From an uncultured Chthonomonadales bacterium (lineage in GTDB: Bacteria > Armatimonadota > Chthonomonadetes > Chthonomonadales > CAJBBX01): a DNA stretch of 64,000 nucleotides. The first letter of the stretch is position 1. Each line of letters opens with the position of its first letter. The translations under genes and the position numbers were made by a program. Below, piece after piece: positions 9,816 to 19,220 of this stretch. Location of the stretch: NCBI GenBank assembly GCA_938005745.1, contig CALLMM010000018.1:1454-65453 (forward strand), read 5' to 3'. The notes beneath the pieces were generated by a model. That model was not told the origin of the DNA and did no database searches. It saw only the letters and a program-made list of their open reading frames with translations.

Positions 9816-9882
9816 ATACATTCGCGCCTCCTGAAGGCGGACGTGCCGGCAGGTCGGAAATCTGCCGGCGAGGGGTTGACAT

Positions 9883-10242
9883 ATGGATAAGAAGCATGCA
9901 CTGCGCCTGAAGCGGCATCGCCGCGTGCGCGCAAAGGTTTTCGGGACGGCGGAGAGACCCCGCCTGAACGTGTTCCGTAGCCTGAAACATATCTACGTTC
10001 AGTTGATAGACGATGACGCCGGGCATACGTTGGCGTCGGCTTCGACGGTGGAGGAGAGCTTCCGCACGACGGGAGCGACCGGCGGCAACGTCGCGGCAGC
10101 CAGAGCGGTCGGAGCGAAGATTGCTGAGCGCGCAAAGGAGAAGGGAATCACGCGGGTTGTGTTCGACCGGGGCGGATTTCGCTATCACGGGCGCGTCAAG
10201 AACCTTGCCGACGCCGCGCGCGAGGGCGGGCTGGAGTTTTAA
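9883..10242 (+). CDS. rplR: 50S ribosomal protein uL18
   Basis: 119 aa; R.RR..R.R.K..GT..RPRL.VFRS.KHIY.Q.IDD..G.TL..AS. Confidence 0.95.
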   Translation: MDKKHALRLKRHRRVRAKVFGTAERPRLNVFRSLKHIYVQLIDDDAGHTLASASTVEESFRTTGATGGNVAAARAVGAKIAERAKEKGITRVVFDRGGFRYHGRVKNLADAAREGGLEF

Positions 10243-10298
10243 GATACGGGCAGACCGTTCCGCCATCGGTCCGGTCGTCCCCGATCAAGGAGAGATTC

Positions 10299-10835
10299 AT
10301 GCCGAAAATTAACGCGGATACGCTGAACCTCGAAGAGCGGGTGGTCCGCACCAATAAGGTGCAGAAGACCCATAAGGGCGGACGCACCATGAGCTGGAAC
10401 GCGCTCGTGGTGGTGGGCGACCGGAAGGGGTACGTGGGCGCGGGCATAGGCAAGGCGCGTGCGATCCCCGACGCCATTCGCAAAGGGGTGGAGGCTGCTA
10501 AGAAGAACATGATCGAGGTTCCGATTGTGGGCACGACGATCCCGCATGAGATCCTCGCCTCGCACGGCGCGGCGGAGGTGCTGCTCAAGCCCGCCTCTCC
10601 CGGTACGGGAATCGTCGCTGGCAGCTCCGTGCGCACGATTCTTGAGCTGGCGGGGATCAGCGATGTGCTGGGCAAGTCGCTGGGATCGGCGAATGCGATC
10701 AACATCGCGTGGGCGACCATGACGGCGCTGAAGCGGCTGAAGCGCGCCGAGACGGTCGCCAGCCTGCGCGGCAAAGAGGTCGGGGAACTCGTTCCCTGGC
10801 TGGTGAAGATTGAGGCGGCGGAAGGAGCGAACTAG
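10299..10835 (+). CDS. rpsE: 30S ribosomal protein uS5
   Basis: 178 aa; ...V.R..KV.K.GR...F.ALVVVGD..G.VG.G.GKA..VP.AI.K. Confidence 0.95.
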   Translation: MPKINADTLNLEERVVRTNKVQKTHKGGRTMSWNALVVVGDRKGYVGAGIGKARAIPDAIRKGVEAAKKNMIEVPIVGTTIPHEILASHGAAEVLLKPASPGTGIVAGSSVRTILELAGISDVLGKSLGSANAINIAWATMTALKRLKRAETVASLRGKEVGELVPWLVKIEAAEGAN

Positions 10836-10837
10836 AG

Positions 10838-11035
10838 ATGGGATCGCTGAAGATCACCCTGACCCGCAGCCCCATCGGGTTCAATGAGAAGCAGAAGCGC
10901 ACCGCCGCCGCGCTGGGGCTGACCCGTCTGCATAAGACGGTGCTGCGCCCGGATAACGAACAGGTGCGGGGAATGGTGCGCGCCATTGAGCATCTGGTCA
11001 AGGTGGAGAGGGTCGAGGCGGAGGCGCAGGCTTAG
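10838..11035 (+). CDS. rpmD: 50S ribosomal protein uL30
   Basis: 65 aa; LKITL.RS.IG....Q..T..ALGL......V......RGM......LV.VE. Confidence 0.9.
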   Translation: MGSLKITLTRSPIGFNEKQKRTAAALGLTRLHKTVLRPDNEQVRGMVRAIEHLVKVERVEAEAQA

Positions 11036-11137
11036 CCACGCTTCGCCGCGACGGCTCTGCGGGCTGTCAGACGCGGTTATAATGAGTGAGCGCGGGCGTT
11101 GAGCCGGCGCATTGCGAGAGGATAAGAGGCATACTCC

Positions 11138-11590
11138 ATGCAGATTCATGATCTAAAACCGGCTCCCGGTTCCAATAAACGGCGCAAGATCCTCGGGCGC
11201 GGACCGGGTTCGGGACACGGAAAGACCAGCGGGCGCGGGCATAAGGGAAACAAGGCGCGCGGGCAGATCAACCCCAACTTTGAGGGCGGACAGACCCCGC
11301 TGCATCGCCGCCTGCCGCAGCTTCGCGGCTTCAAGCCGGTCAATAAGAAGTTCTACGCGATCGTCAACGTCGGCGCGCTGCAGAGTTTCGAGGACGGAAC
11401 GGAGGTAACCGCCGCGCTGCTTGCGGAGCGGGGGCTGTTGCGCAGCGCCGAAGAGGAGTTGAAGATCCTGGGCGACGGTGTCCTGACAAAGAAGCTGTCG
11501 GTGGTCGCCCATAAGTTCAGCAAAAGCGCCCTGGAGAAGATTCAGTCGGTCGGCGGAACCGCCCGAACGATTGAGACGGCGCGGAGGTAG
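11138..11590 (+). CDS. rplO: 50S ribosomal protein uL15
   Basis: 150 aa; L..L.P..GS.K.RKR.GRG.GSG.GKT.GRG.KG...R. Confidence 0.95.
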   Translation: MQIHDLKPAPGSNKRRKILGRGPGSGHGKTSGRGHKGNKARGQINPNFEGGQTPLHRRLPQLRGFKPVNKKFYAIVNVGALQSFEDGTEVTAALLAERGLLRSAEEELKILGDGVLTKKLSVVAHKFSKSALEKIQSVGGTARTIETARR

Positions 11591-11596
11591 CTGAAG

Positions 11597-12925
11597 ATGC
11601 TGGAGTCGCTGGCGAAGGCGTTTCAAATCCCGGAGTTGAAGCGTCGCATCTTTTTTAACCTGGCAATGTTCGCCGTGTTTGTGCTCGGCGTGCATATTCC
11701 GGTGCCGGGGGTGGATCATGACAAACTGGCTGCCATCTTCCAGCAGGGAGGCTTTCTGAACCTGGTAGATGTCTTCTCTGGCGGCGCCCTGCGCAAGATG
11801 ACGCTCTTCGCCATGGGGATCACTCCCTATATTAACGCCTCCATCATCATGCAGATGCTGACCCTCGCGGTTCCGAAACTGGAGCAGTTGAGCAAAGAGG
11901 GCGAAGCCGGACGCAAGCAGATCGCGCGAATCACGCGGCGCCTGACCATCGCGCTGGCGACGTTCCAGGCGATCGGCTTCTCGTTCACCTTTCGCGAGGC
12001 GGCAGCCGGAGCTTCGACCTTCTCGCAGACCGTGGCGATCGCCCAGATGGTGATCATGATGGTCGCGGGAACGATGTTCCTGCTGTGGATGGGCGAGCAG
12101 ATCACGGAGCGGGGGATCGGCAACGGCGTCTCGGTGATCATCTTTGCGGGAATTATGGCAAGCTTCCCGTTCCAGGTTGGACAGGTGGCGCTGCAGGTGC
12201 GCGAAGGACTGGTGAGCGCGTTCGGGATCGTTATGTTCCTCGCGCTGTTCGTGGGAACTATCTACCTGATCGTGATGATCACGCAGGCGGAGCGGCGGAT
12301 ACCGATCCAGCATGTGAAAAAACAGGTGGGGATGCGGCAGACCGGAGGCAGCAACTTCCTGCCGATCAAGGTGAACACGGCGGGCGTTATCCCGATCATC
12401 TTCGCTATCTCGATGCTGCTGTTCCCCTCGCAGATCCTGGCGGCGATCCCCGGCAACGACGGATTTATCGCCGATCTGAAACGCTGGGCGAACTATCTGA
12501 CGCCGAGCACGCAGCACTGGTGGTCGCTGCTGATCTACGGACTGATGATCGTCGGGTTCACCTACTTCTATACGGCGGTGGTGATGAACGTCAACGATAT
12601 GGCGGACAATCTGAAGAAGTACGGCAACTTCATTCCGGGCATCCGCCCGGGACGCCCGACGTTTGAGTACCTGGATCGCGTGGTCTCTCGCGTGACGCTG
12701 GCGGGAGCGGTCTTCCTGGCAGGCGTGGCGCTGATACAGTATGTCGCGCCGGGCTTGACCGGGGTCTCGCTCTCCTCGTTCGCTCTGATCGGAGGCACGT
12801 CGCTGCTGATTGTCGTGGGAGTCGCCATCGAGGTGATGCAGGCGATCGAGGCGCAGTTGATCATGCGCAACTACGAGGGCTTTATCAAGCAGTCGTCCAA
12901 GTCGCCCGCCGGATTCTATGCCTGA
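11597..12925 (+). CDS. secY: Preprotein translocase subunit SecY
   Basis: 442 aa, polytopic; ...GI.PYI.ASII.Q.L....P.LE.L.KEGE.GR.KI...TR......A..Q.; conserved position after rplO. Confidence 0.97.
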   Translation: MLESLAKAFQIPELKRRIFFNLAMFAVFVLGVHIPVPGVDHDKLAAIFQQGGFLNLVDVFSGGALRKMTLFAMGITPYINASIIMQMLTLAVPKLEQLSKEGEAGRKQIARITRRLTIALATFQAIGFSFTFREAAAGASTFSQTVAIAQMVIMMVAGTMFLLWMGEQITERGIGNGVSVIIFAGIMASFPFQVGQVALQVREGLVSAFGIVMFLALFVGTIYLIVMITQAERRIPIQHVKKQVGMRQTGGSNFLPIKVNTAGVIPIIFAISMLLFPSQILAAIPGNDGFIADLKRWANYLTPSTQHWWSLLIYGLMIVGFTYFYTAVVMNVNDMADNLKKYGNFIPGIRPGRPTFEYLDRVVSRVTLAGAVFLAGVALIQYVAPGLTGVSLSSFALIGGTSLLIVVGVAIEVMQAIEAQLIMRNYEGFIKQSSKSPAGFYA

Positions 12926-12955
12926 CAGGCATCGCCTGCCTGACAGGCATCGCCT
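12920..12955. repeat. Perfect 18-nt tandem duplication (GCCTGACAGGCATCGCCT x2) spanning the secY stop codon
   Basis: 12920-12937 and 12938-12955 are identical. Each unit contains the 11-bp palindrome GCCTGACAGGC. Confidence 0.9.
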
Positions 12956-12970
12956 CAGAAAGGGGCGCGC

Positions 12971-13624
12971 ATGATACTCGTACTGTTCGGTCCTCCCGGC
13001 GCGGGGAAAGGGACGCAGGGGGCGCGCATCGTTCAGCAGTACGGCATTCCAAAGATCTCGACGGGCGAGATATTCCGCGATCTGGCAGCCGCCCATTCGG
13101 AACTGGGGCTGAAGGCGAAGGCGTACTGGTCACAGGGCAAGCTGGTTCCCGATGAGATCGTCGTCGGGCTGGTGCGGGAGAGGGTCGCGGATCCAGACTG
13201 CCGGAGAGGCTTTATTCTGGACGGCTTTCCCCGCACGGTCTCGCAGGCGGATACGCTGCAGGCGATGCTGGAGGAGACCGGGAAGCGTCTGAACGGAGTT
13301 CTGAACCTGCGGGTGGAGGAGCCGGAACTGATCCGGCGTCTCTCCGGCAGGCGCACCTGCTCCAACTGCGGCGCGACCTACCACACGACGGCGATGCCGT
13401 CACGGGTGGATGATATCTGCGATCACTGCGGCAATCGGCTGATCCAGCGCGCCGACGATACGCCGGAGTCGATTCACCGGCGGCTGGTGGAGTATGAAGA
13501 GAAGACCGCTCCGCTGATCCACTACTACGAGGAGCGGGGCGTGCTGTATCATATAGACGCCAACGAGGGACCGGACGCGGTCTATGTGAAGGTGCAGGCC
13601 GTCCTGCGGAAGATTGCATGTTAA
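12971..13624 (+). CDS. adk: Adenylate kinase (zinc-lid type)
   Basis: P-loop GPPGAGKGTQ; lid CSNCGATYH...CDHCG carries four Cys. Confidence 0.97.
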   Translation: MILVLFGPPGAGKGTQGARIVQQYGIPKISTGEIFRDLAAAHSELGLKAKAYWSQGKLVPDEIVVGLVRERVADPDCRRGFILDGFPRTVSQADTLQAMLEETGKRLNGVLNLRVEEPELIRRLSGRRTCSNCGATYHTTAMPSRVDDICDHCGNRLIQRADDTPESIHRRLVEYEEKTAPLIHYYEERGVLYHIDANEGPDAVYVKVQAVLRKIAC

Positions 13625-13655
13625 CGCAGCGAGAGAGGAAGAAAGCGCGTAGACG

Positions 13656-14423
13656 ATGGTCATTCTGAAGACCGCCAGTGAAATCGAGAAGATGCGGGCT
13701 GCCGGGCGCGTGGTCTATCAGGCGCTGCAGGCGATGAAAAACGCCATTGTGCCGGGGCAGACCACCACCTATGATCTGGAGAAAGCCGCCATCGAGGTTC
13801 TGAACGCGCACGGAGCTACCTCTCCGTTTCTGGGATATGCGCCGCATAACCACCCGCCCTTCCCCGCGTGGACCTGCATCTCGGTGAATGAAGAGGTGGT
13901 GCACGGAATACCGGGACGGCGCGTGCTGCAGGAGGGCGACATCGTCAGCTGCGATGTGGGGGTGCAGCTGAACGGCTACTACGCCGACAGCGCGTGGACC
14001 TTTCCGGTCGGACAGATATCGGAGGAGGCGCAGCGTCTTCTGAAGGTTACCCGGGAGGCGCTCTATAAGGGGATCGCCCAGGCAAAAGCCGGCAACCGCG
14101 TCGGGGACATCGGGCACGCCATCGAGCGGCATGTTTCGCAGCACGGCTATTCGATCGTGCGGGACCTGGTGGGGCACGGCGTCGGGCGGTCTCTGCACGA
14201 GGATCCGCAGATACCTAACTATGGCAGACCCGGTACCGGCACCGTGCTGGAGCCGGGCATGACCATCGCCATCGAGCCGATGGTAAACATAGGCAGGCGC
14301 GACATTCAGGCGCTTGCCGACGAGTGGACCATTGTGACCAGCGACCGCACGCTGTCCGCTCATTTCGAGCATACGGTCGCCATCACCAGAAACGGCGCGT
14401 TAATCATTACGCAGGGAGATTGA
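13656..14423 (+). CDS. map: Type I methionine aminopeptidase
   Basis: 255 aa; ...HGIP....L..GDIV..D.G....GY..D...T..VG... and ...GHG.G...HE.P..... Confidence 0.95.
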   Translation: MVILKTASEIEKMRAAGRVVYQALQAMKNAIVPGQTTTYDLEKAAIEVLNAHGATSPFLGYAPHNHPPFPAWTCISVNEEVVHGIPGRRVLQEGDIVSCDVGVQLNGYYADSAWTFPVGQISEEAQRLLKVTREALYKGIAQAKAGNRVGDIGHAIERHVSQHGYSIVRDLVGHGVGRSLHEDPQIPNYGRPGTGTVLEPGMTIAIEPMVNIGRRDIQALADEWTIVTSDRTLSAHFEHTVAITRNGALIITQGD

Positions 14424-14771
14424 ATGCCACCGAAAAAGACCACCCGCGGCGGCAGCGGCGGCAGTCACCGCCCGAAAGGCGGTGGCGGCGGCGGACGGGG
14501 TTCGCGCCCTCAAGGGGGCGGCGGACGCGGTCACAGCCATCCGCCGGAAGAGGATATCAAAGAGAAGGGTATCGAAGTTGAAGGCGTTGTGACCGAGAAC
14601 CTGCCCAACGCCATGTTTCGCGTGAAGCTTCAGACCGATCATGAGGTGCTGGCTCATGTCTCCGGCAAGATACGGATGAACTTCATCAAAATCCTGCCCG
14701 GTGACCGCGTTCTGGTGGAGCTGTCTCCGTATGACCTGACGCGGGGCCGCATCCTGTATCGCTATAAGTAG
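14424..14771 (+). CDS. infA: Translation initiation factor IF-1 with ~45-aa Gly/Arg-rich N-terminal extension
   Basis: S1-like core [69 protein letters not shown] 14424 directly abuts the map TGA. There is no in-frame ATG/GTG/TTG between 14424 and the conserved core. Confidence 0.9.
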   Translation: MPPKKTTRGGSGGSHRPKGGGGGGRGSRPQGGGGRGHSHPPEEDIKEKGIEVEGVVTENLPNAMFRVKLQTDHEVLAHVSGKIRMNFIKILPGDRVLVELSPYDLTRGRILYRYK

Positions 14772-14878
14772 AGGGCGTCGGCGGCAGCGGATGCGCAGAA
14801 CAACGGACCGCAGAGCGGTATCGCTGTGTGGAGACGTCTTTTTGCGCGTTCTGATGCCCGCCCGCAAGTGAGGAACGA

Positions 14879-14992
14879 ATGAAAGTACGAGCCTCTGTTA
14901 AAAAGATATGCGACAAGTGCAAGATTATCCGGCGCGAAGGCGTCTTGCGCGTTATCTGCAAAAATCCAAAGCACAAGCAGAGACAGGGATAG
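14879..14992 (+). CDS. rpmJ: 50S ribosomal protein bL36 (zinc-ribbon form)
   Basis: Absent from the ORF track (too short). Hand translation: [37 protein letters not shown], 37 aa. Confidence 0.9.
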   Translation: MKVRASVKKICDKCKIIRREGVLRVICKNPKHKQRQG

Positions 14993-14997
14993 AGGGG

Positions 14998-15039
14998 GTC
15001 GGGAGGAGCGGAGCGCGCGTCGCTCCGTGCGCCTCCGAC
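14998..15039 (+). promoter_or_regulatory. Compound GC-rich hairpin in the rpmJ-rpsM spacer (possible autoregulatory leader structure)
   Basis: Inner stem GGAGCG/CGCTCC (15010-15026). Outer stem GTCGG(G)AGG/CCTCCGAC. Lies 20 nt upstream of the rpsM TTG start. Confidence 0.3.
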
Positions 15040-15058
15040 TCACACGGGAGGAAGAGCC

Positions 15059-15436
15059 TTGGCACGTATTGCAGGAGTAGACCTGCCGCGCGATAAGCGC
15101 ATCGAATACGCGCTGCCCTACATCTACGGGATCGGTCTGTCTGCCGCCAAGAAGATTGTGCAGCAGGCGAACATCAACCCCGATACGCGGGTGCGCGACC
15201 TGACCGAGGCGGAGACGAGCCGCCTGCGAGAGATCATTGAGCGCGACTACCGGGTCGAGGGAGACCTGCGACGCGAGGTGTCGCTCAATATCCGCCGTCT
15301 GGTGGAGATCGGCTGCTATCGAGGGCTGCGCCATCGGCGTGGCTTGCCGGTGCGCGGACAGCGCACCAAGACCAATGCGCGCATCCGCAAGGGACCCAAG
15401 CGCACCGTCGCCGGCAAGAAGAAGGCGAAGAAGTAG
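15059..15436 (+). CDS. rpsM: 30S ribosomal protein uS13
   Basis: (M)[22 protein letters not shown]; TTG start. Confidence 0.95.
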   Translation: MARIAGVDLPRDKRIEYALPYIYGIGLSAAKKIVQQANINPDTRVRDLTEAETSRLREIIERDYRVEGDLRREVSLNIRRLVEIGCYRGLRHRRGLPVRGQRTKTNARIRKGPKRTVAGKKKAKK

Positions 15437-15536
15437 GCACGCGGCGACTTTCCGGTCGCCCTTCGGCGACCGGAGAGGCGAAGCGATGCGCCCCTCCGGG
15501 GGCACGGTCTGACCTGCAGGAGCAAGGAACAACGGT

Positions 15537-15938
15537 ATGGCAAATAAGCGAACGACGACCACCGCGCGCAACAAGCCGAAAGAGAAGAAGAATATTGCGC
15601 AGGGCGTGGTTCATATTCAGTGCACGTTTAACAACACGATTGTCACCATCACGGATGTGAAGGGGGCGGCGATCTCCTGGTCGAGCGCGGGAGCCATCGG
15701 CTTCAAAGGCACGAAGAAGGGAACGCCGTTTGCCGCACAACTGGCGTCGGAGAATGCGGCGCGCAAGGCGCGCGAGCATGGTCTGCAGCGGGTGGATGTC
15801 TTCGTCAAAGGACCGGGAGCCGGTCGGGAGACGGCGATTCGCGCGCTTCAGGCGGTGGGACTGGAGGTTACGCTGATCAAAGACGTAACCCCGATCCCGC
15901 ATAACGGCTGCCGACCGCCGAAACGACGGCGTGTGTAG
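15537..15938 (+). CDS. rpsK: 30S ribosomal protein uS11
   Basis: 133 aa; [15 protein letters not shown]....WSSAG..GFKG.KK.TPFAAQ. Confidence 0.97.
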   Translation: MANKRTTTTARNKPKEKKNIAQGVVHIQCTFNNTIVTITDVKGAAISWSSAGAIGFKGTKKGTPFAAQLASENAARKAREHGLQRVDVFVKGPGAGRETAIRALQAVGLEVTLIKDVTPIPHNGCRPPKRRRV

Positions 15939-16074
15939 GCGCACAGCCGCCCGTATGCGCCGGTGCAATGCGCGGGAGGAGGAAGCGTCCTCTGCAGACG
16001 TGTAAACTCCCAGGAGCGCGTATCCGCGCTCTCACGAATGGTAAGCATACCACAAGGAGCATTAGAGACCGCTT

Positions 16075-16710
16075 ATGGCAACGAATTCAGACCCCCGCTG
16101 TCGGCAGTGCCGCCGGGAGGGCGTCAAGCTCTTCCTCAAGGGAGAGAAGTGTATCCGGCACTGCACTCTGGATAAAGAGAAACGCAAAAAGCCGCCGGGA
16201 ATGCACGGCAGCACCGTGGTTCAGAAGAAGCTGACGGAGTACGGCGTTCAGCTTCGCGAGAAGCAGAAGCTGCGCCGCATCTACCGAGTGCTGGAGACGC
16301 AGTTTCGCAACTATCTGGCGGAGGCGGAGCGCCGCCGCGGCGTTACCGGCGAGAACCTGTTGCAGCTGCTGGAGCTGCGGCTGGATAACGTGGTCTATCG
16401 TCTGGGGCTTGCCGGCTCGCGCGCCCAGGCGCGCCAGATGGTCAGCCATCGCTTTTTCACGGTGAACGGTCGTCGCGTCAACATCCCTTCCTATCAGGTG
16501 CGGGCGGGCGATACGATCGGCATTCATGAGTCCAAGTCGCAGACCGGGATTGTTAAAGAGGCGCGAGAGAAGTGGCATACCCGGCCCCTGCCGGACTGGC
16601 TGGAGTTCAACGGAACCGACATGGTCGGCAAAGTGCTCGCCGTGCCCTCGCGCGATCAGATTGATACTGATATTCAGGAGCAGCTGATCGTCGAGTTCTA
16701 TTCGCGCTAA
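16075..16710 (+). CDS. rpsD: 30S ribosomal protein uS4
   Basis: 211 aa; C+ N-terminus (CRQCRREGVKLFLKGEKC) and S4 domain RLDNVVYRLG.A.SR.QARQ.V.H. Confidence 0.95.
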   Translation: MATNSDPRCRQCRREGVKLFLKGEKCIRHCTLDKEKRKKPPGMHGSTVVQKKLTEYGVQLREKQKLRRIYRVLETQFRNYLAEAERRRGVTGENLLQLLELRLDNVVYRLGLAGSRAQARQMVSHRFFTVNGRRVNIPSYQVRAGDTIGIHESKSQTGIVKEAREKWHTRPLPDWLEFNGTDMVGKVLAVPSRDQIDTDIQEQLIVEFYSR

Positions 16711-16791
16711 TCGTCGGGCGCAGTGCGTGGGGCGCGGACAGGCGCTGTCCGCGGCTCACCTTTCCGTGCGCGCCCTGAAAAGAGGTTTGCT

Positions 16792-17802
16792 ATGGAACTG
16801 ACATTGCCACGCATAGAGACGCTGGAAGAGTCGGGGACGTATGGCAAGTACATCGTCGAACCGCTCGAGCGCGGCTATGGCGTCACACTGGGGAACTCCC
16901 TGCGGCGCGTCATGCTCTCCTCCATCGAGGGAGCGGCGATCACCTACGTCAAGATTGACAAGGTGCTGCATGAGTTCTCCACCATCCCCGGTCTCAAAGA
17001 GGATACCACCGAACTGCTGCTGAACCTCAAAGACCTGTACGTGAAGGTCGAGCGCAACGGCAACGGCAAGTTCGAGCCGAAGACCATCCGCATCGCTCGA
17101 CGGGGCGAGGGACGCATCACCGGGGCGGATGTGGAGTGCCCTGAAGGGGTGGAGGTGGTGAACCCGGAGGTCTACATCGCCACGATCTCCGACGAAGACG
17201 CCACCCTCAATATGGAGATGACCGTTGAGATCGGCAAAGGGTATGTGCTGCCGGATAAGCAGGAGCGCAAAGCCAGCCAGCCGATCGGCGTCATCCCGGT
17301 CGGCGCGGCGTTTACGCCGGTGCGGAAAGTCAACTACATCGTCGAGGCGACCCGCGTCGGCTTCAAGACCGACTATGAGCGGCTGGTGCTCGAAGTGACG
17401 ACCAACGGAACGGTCGGTCCCAGCGAGGCGATCAGTCAGGCGTCGGCGGTGCTGGTGCGCTACTTCCAGCACTTTATGGAGTTCGCCGGACCGAGCGCGC
17501 TGATCGCGCATACCGAGCGCGCTCTGCCGGACAACGCCGGCGGTCCGCAGGCTCCGGATGCCCGCATCGAAGAGCTGGACTTTTCGGTGCGAACCTATAA
17601 CTGCCTGAAGAAAGCCAACATTCTCACCATCGGCGAACTGGTGCAGACCACCGAGGCTGATCTGATGCAGATTCGCAACTTTGGAAAGAAGTCTCTCCTG
17701 GAGGTGCGCGAAAAGCTCGCGCAGTGGGGTCTCTCGCTCAAGGGAGGCAGCACAGTCTCGACCGATGACGAAGACGGCTCTGAAAACGACATCGAAGAGT
17801 AG
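16792..17802 (+). CDS. rpoA: DNA-directed RNA polymerase subunit alpha
   Basis: Starts MELTLPRIETLEE..TYGKY.VEPLERGYG.TLGN.LRR.LLSS. C-terminal domain ...LDFSVRTYNCLKKANI.TIGELV. ATG 16792 is preferred over the upstream track start 16723. Confidence 0.95.
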   Translation: MELTLPRIETLEESGTYGKYIVEPLERGYGVTLGNSLRRVMLSSIEGAAITYVKIDKVLHEFSTIPGLKEDTTELLLNLKDLYVKVERNGNGKFEPKTIRIARRGEGRITGADVECPEGVEVVNPEVYIATISDEDATLNMEMTVEIGKGYVLPDKQERKASQPIGVIPVGAAFTPVRKVNYIVEATRVGFKTDYERLVLEVTTNGTVGPSEAISQASAVLVRYFQHFMEFAGPSALIAHTERALPDNAGGPQAPDARIEELDFSVRTYNCLKKANILTIGELVQTTEADLMQIRNFGKKSLLEVREKLAQWGLSLKGGSTVSTDDEDGSENDIEE

Positions 17803-17843
17803 ACCGGGAGAGGATGACGCGATATTAGAGAAAGGAAACGACG

Positions 17844-18338
17844 ATGCGACACCGCGTGGGAGGGCGCAAGTTCAGTCTGCCGAGTGATCAGCGGCGCGCA
17901 CTGCTCAGAGGGCTGGTGCGCGCGCTGTTCGCCAGCGAAAGCGGGCGGATCATCACCACGGAGACGCGCGCCAAAGAGGTGAAACCCATCGCCGAGAAGC
18001 TGATCACGATCGCCAAGCGTAACGATATTCAGGCTCGCCGCCGCGTGCGCGAGTATGTGGACTCCAACGTGTCGGCATTCGGCATCAATGCGGAGAACGG
18101 CAAACTGGCGCGCAATCCGGACTATGTGGTGCACGATCTGTTCGAGAAGATCGCGCCCCGCTACCGCAACCGCTCCGGAGGCTATCTGCGGATCGTGCGG
18201 ATCGGCACGCGCCGGGGCGACGGCGCGCCGATGGTGGTTCTGCAGCTGGTAGAGGGCGAAGAGGTCGAGACGCCGCAGGTGGAGACCCCGGCGGAGGTTA
18301 CTCCGAAGCGGCGCGGACTGTTCGGACGCCGCAAGTAG
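17844..18338 (+). CDS. rplQ: 50S ribosomal protein bL17
   Basis: MRHRVGGRKF......R.ALLR.L...L......I.TT..RAKE. Confidence 0.95.
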   Translation: MRHRVGGRKFSLPSDQRRALLRGLVRALFASESGRIITTETRAKEVKPIAEKLITIAKRNDIQARRRVREYVDSNVSAFGINAENGKLARNPDYVVHDLFEKIAPRYRNRSGGYLRIVRIGTRRGDGAPMVVLQLVEGEEVETPQVETPAEVTPKRRGLFGRRK

Positions 18339-18345
18339 CGCGCCT

Positions 18346-18370
18346 GCCGGGGCGCAAGATGCGCCCCGGC
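18346..18370 (+). terminator. GC-rich hairpin after rplQ (terminator or attenuator at the end of the alpha operon)
   Basis: GCCGGGGCGC-aagat-GCGCCCCGGC, a 10-bp perfect stem, followed by GGGGTTTG. Confidence 0.45.
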
Positions 18371-18383
18371 GGGGTTTGACTGG

Positions 18384-19205
18384 ATGATGCGCCGCTTCAA
18401 GGTCACCATCGAGTACGACGGCACCGATTTCGCCGGATTTCAGTATCAGGCGGGAGAGCGCAGCGTGCAGGCGGAGCTGGAGCGCGCGCTGGAGCGGTTG
18501 ACCGGTCAGAGGGCGCGGGTGCACGGAGCGGGACGCACAGATGCGGGAGTCCATGCGCTGGGGCAGGTGATCAGTTTCGAGGCGGGGACGCGCATCCCGC
18601 TCGAAAAACTGCCCTCCGCAATGAACAGCGCACTGCCGCCGGATGTGCGCGCGGTGCGGGCGGAGGAGGCGACGGCGCGATTTCATGCGCGATTCAGCGC
18701 GCTCTCGCGCGCCTATGTCTATGTGATCCTGCATCGCGCCCAGCCGTCCGCCCTGTTCGGGCGTTACACATGCCACTATCCGCATCCGCTCGACCTGCAG
18801 GCGATGCAGACCGGAGCGGAACTGCTGGTCGGAAAGCGGGACTTTGCCGCCTGGGCGAACGAGTCGCGGGAGGTGCACAGCACGGTGCGGGAGGTCTATC
18901 GCTGCACGGTGCGCCGGCGCGGTCCGTTCGTGCTGATCTATGTAGAGGCGAACGCCTTTCTGCGGGGGATGGTGCGCAATATCGCGGGAACGCTGCTGCA
19001 GGTCGGCAGCGGCAAGCGCGCCCCGGAGGAGATGGCGGAGATTACCCGGTCCCTTCAGCGGACGCAAGCCGGTCCGTCCGCGCCCGCAAAGGGGCTGTGT
19101 CTGGTAAGAGTGCGTTATGAAGAGGAGCCGCGTCAGGCGGCTCACGAGCAGAGAGAAGAGCTAGCCTCGACCCGTCCGGAGACGGCGGGTCTCGAGACGG
19201 AGTGA
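18384..19205 (+). CDS. truA: tRNA pseudouridine(38-40) synthase TruA
   Basis: ...IEYDGT.F.GFQ.Q.....VQ..LE.AL......... and catalytic GAGRTDAGVHALGQV. Confidence 0.92.
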   Translation: MMRRFKVTIEYDGTDFAGFQYQAGERSVQAELERALERLTGQRARVHGAGRTDAGVHALGQVISFEAGTRIPLEKLPSAMNSALPPDVRAVRAEEATARFHARFSALSRAYVYVILHRAQPSALFGRYTCHYPHPLDLQAMQTGAELLVGKRDFAAWANESREVHSTVREVYRCTVRRRGPFVLIYVEANAFLRGMVRNIAGTLLQVGSGKRAPEEMAEITRSLQRTQAGPSAPAKGLCLVRVRYEEEPRQAAHEQREELASTRPETAGLETE

Positions 19206-19220
19206 GAGCAAGGAGTCATC

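Noticed and set aside
11036-11137. TATAAT hexamer in the rpmD-rplO spacer as an internal promoter
   Set aside because: No acceptable -35 element or TG extension at proper spacing. A single hexamer match is expected by chance.
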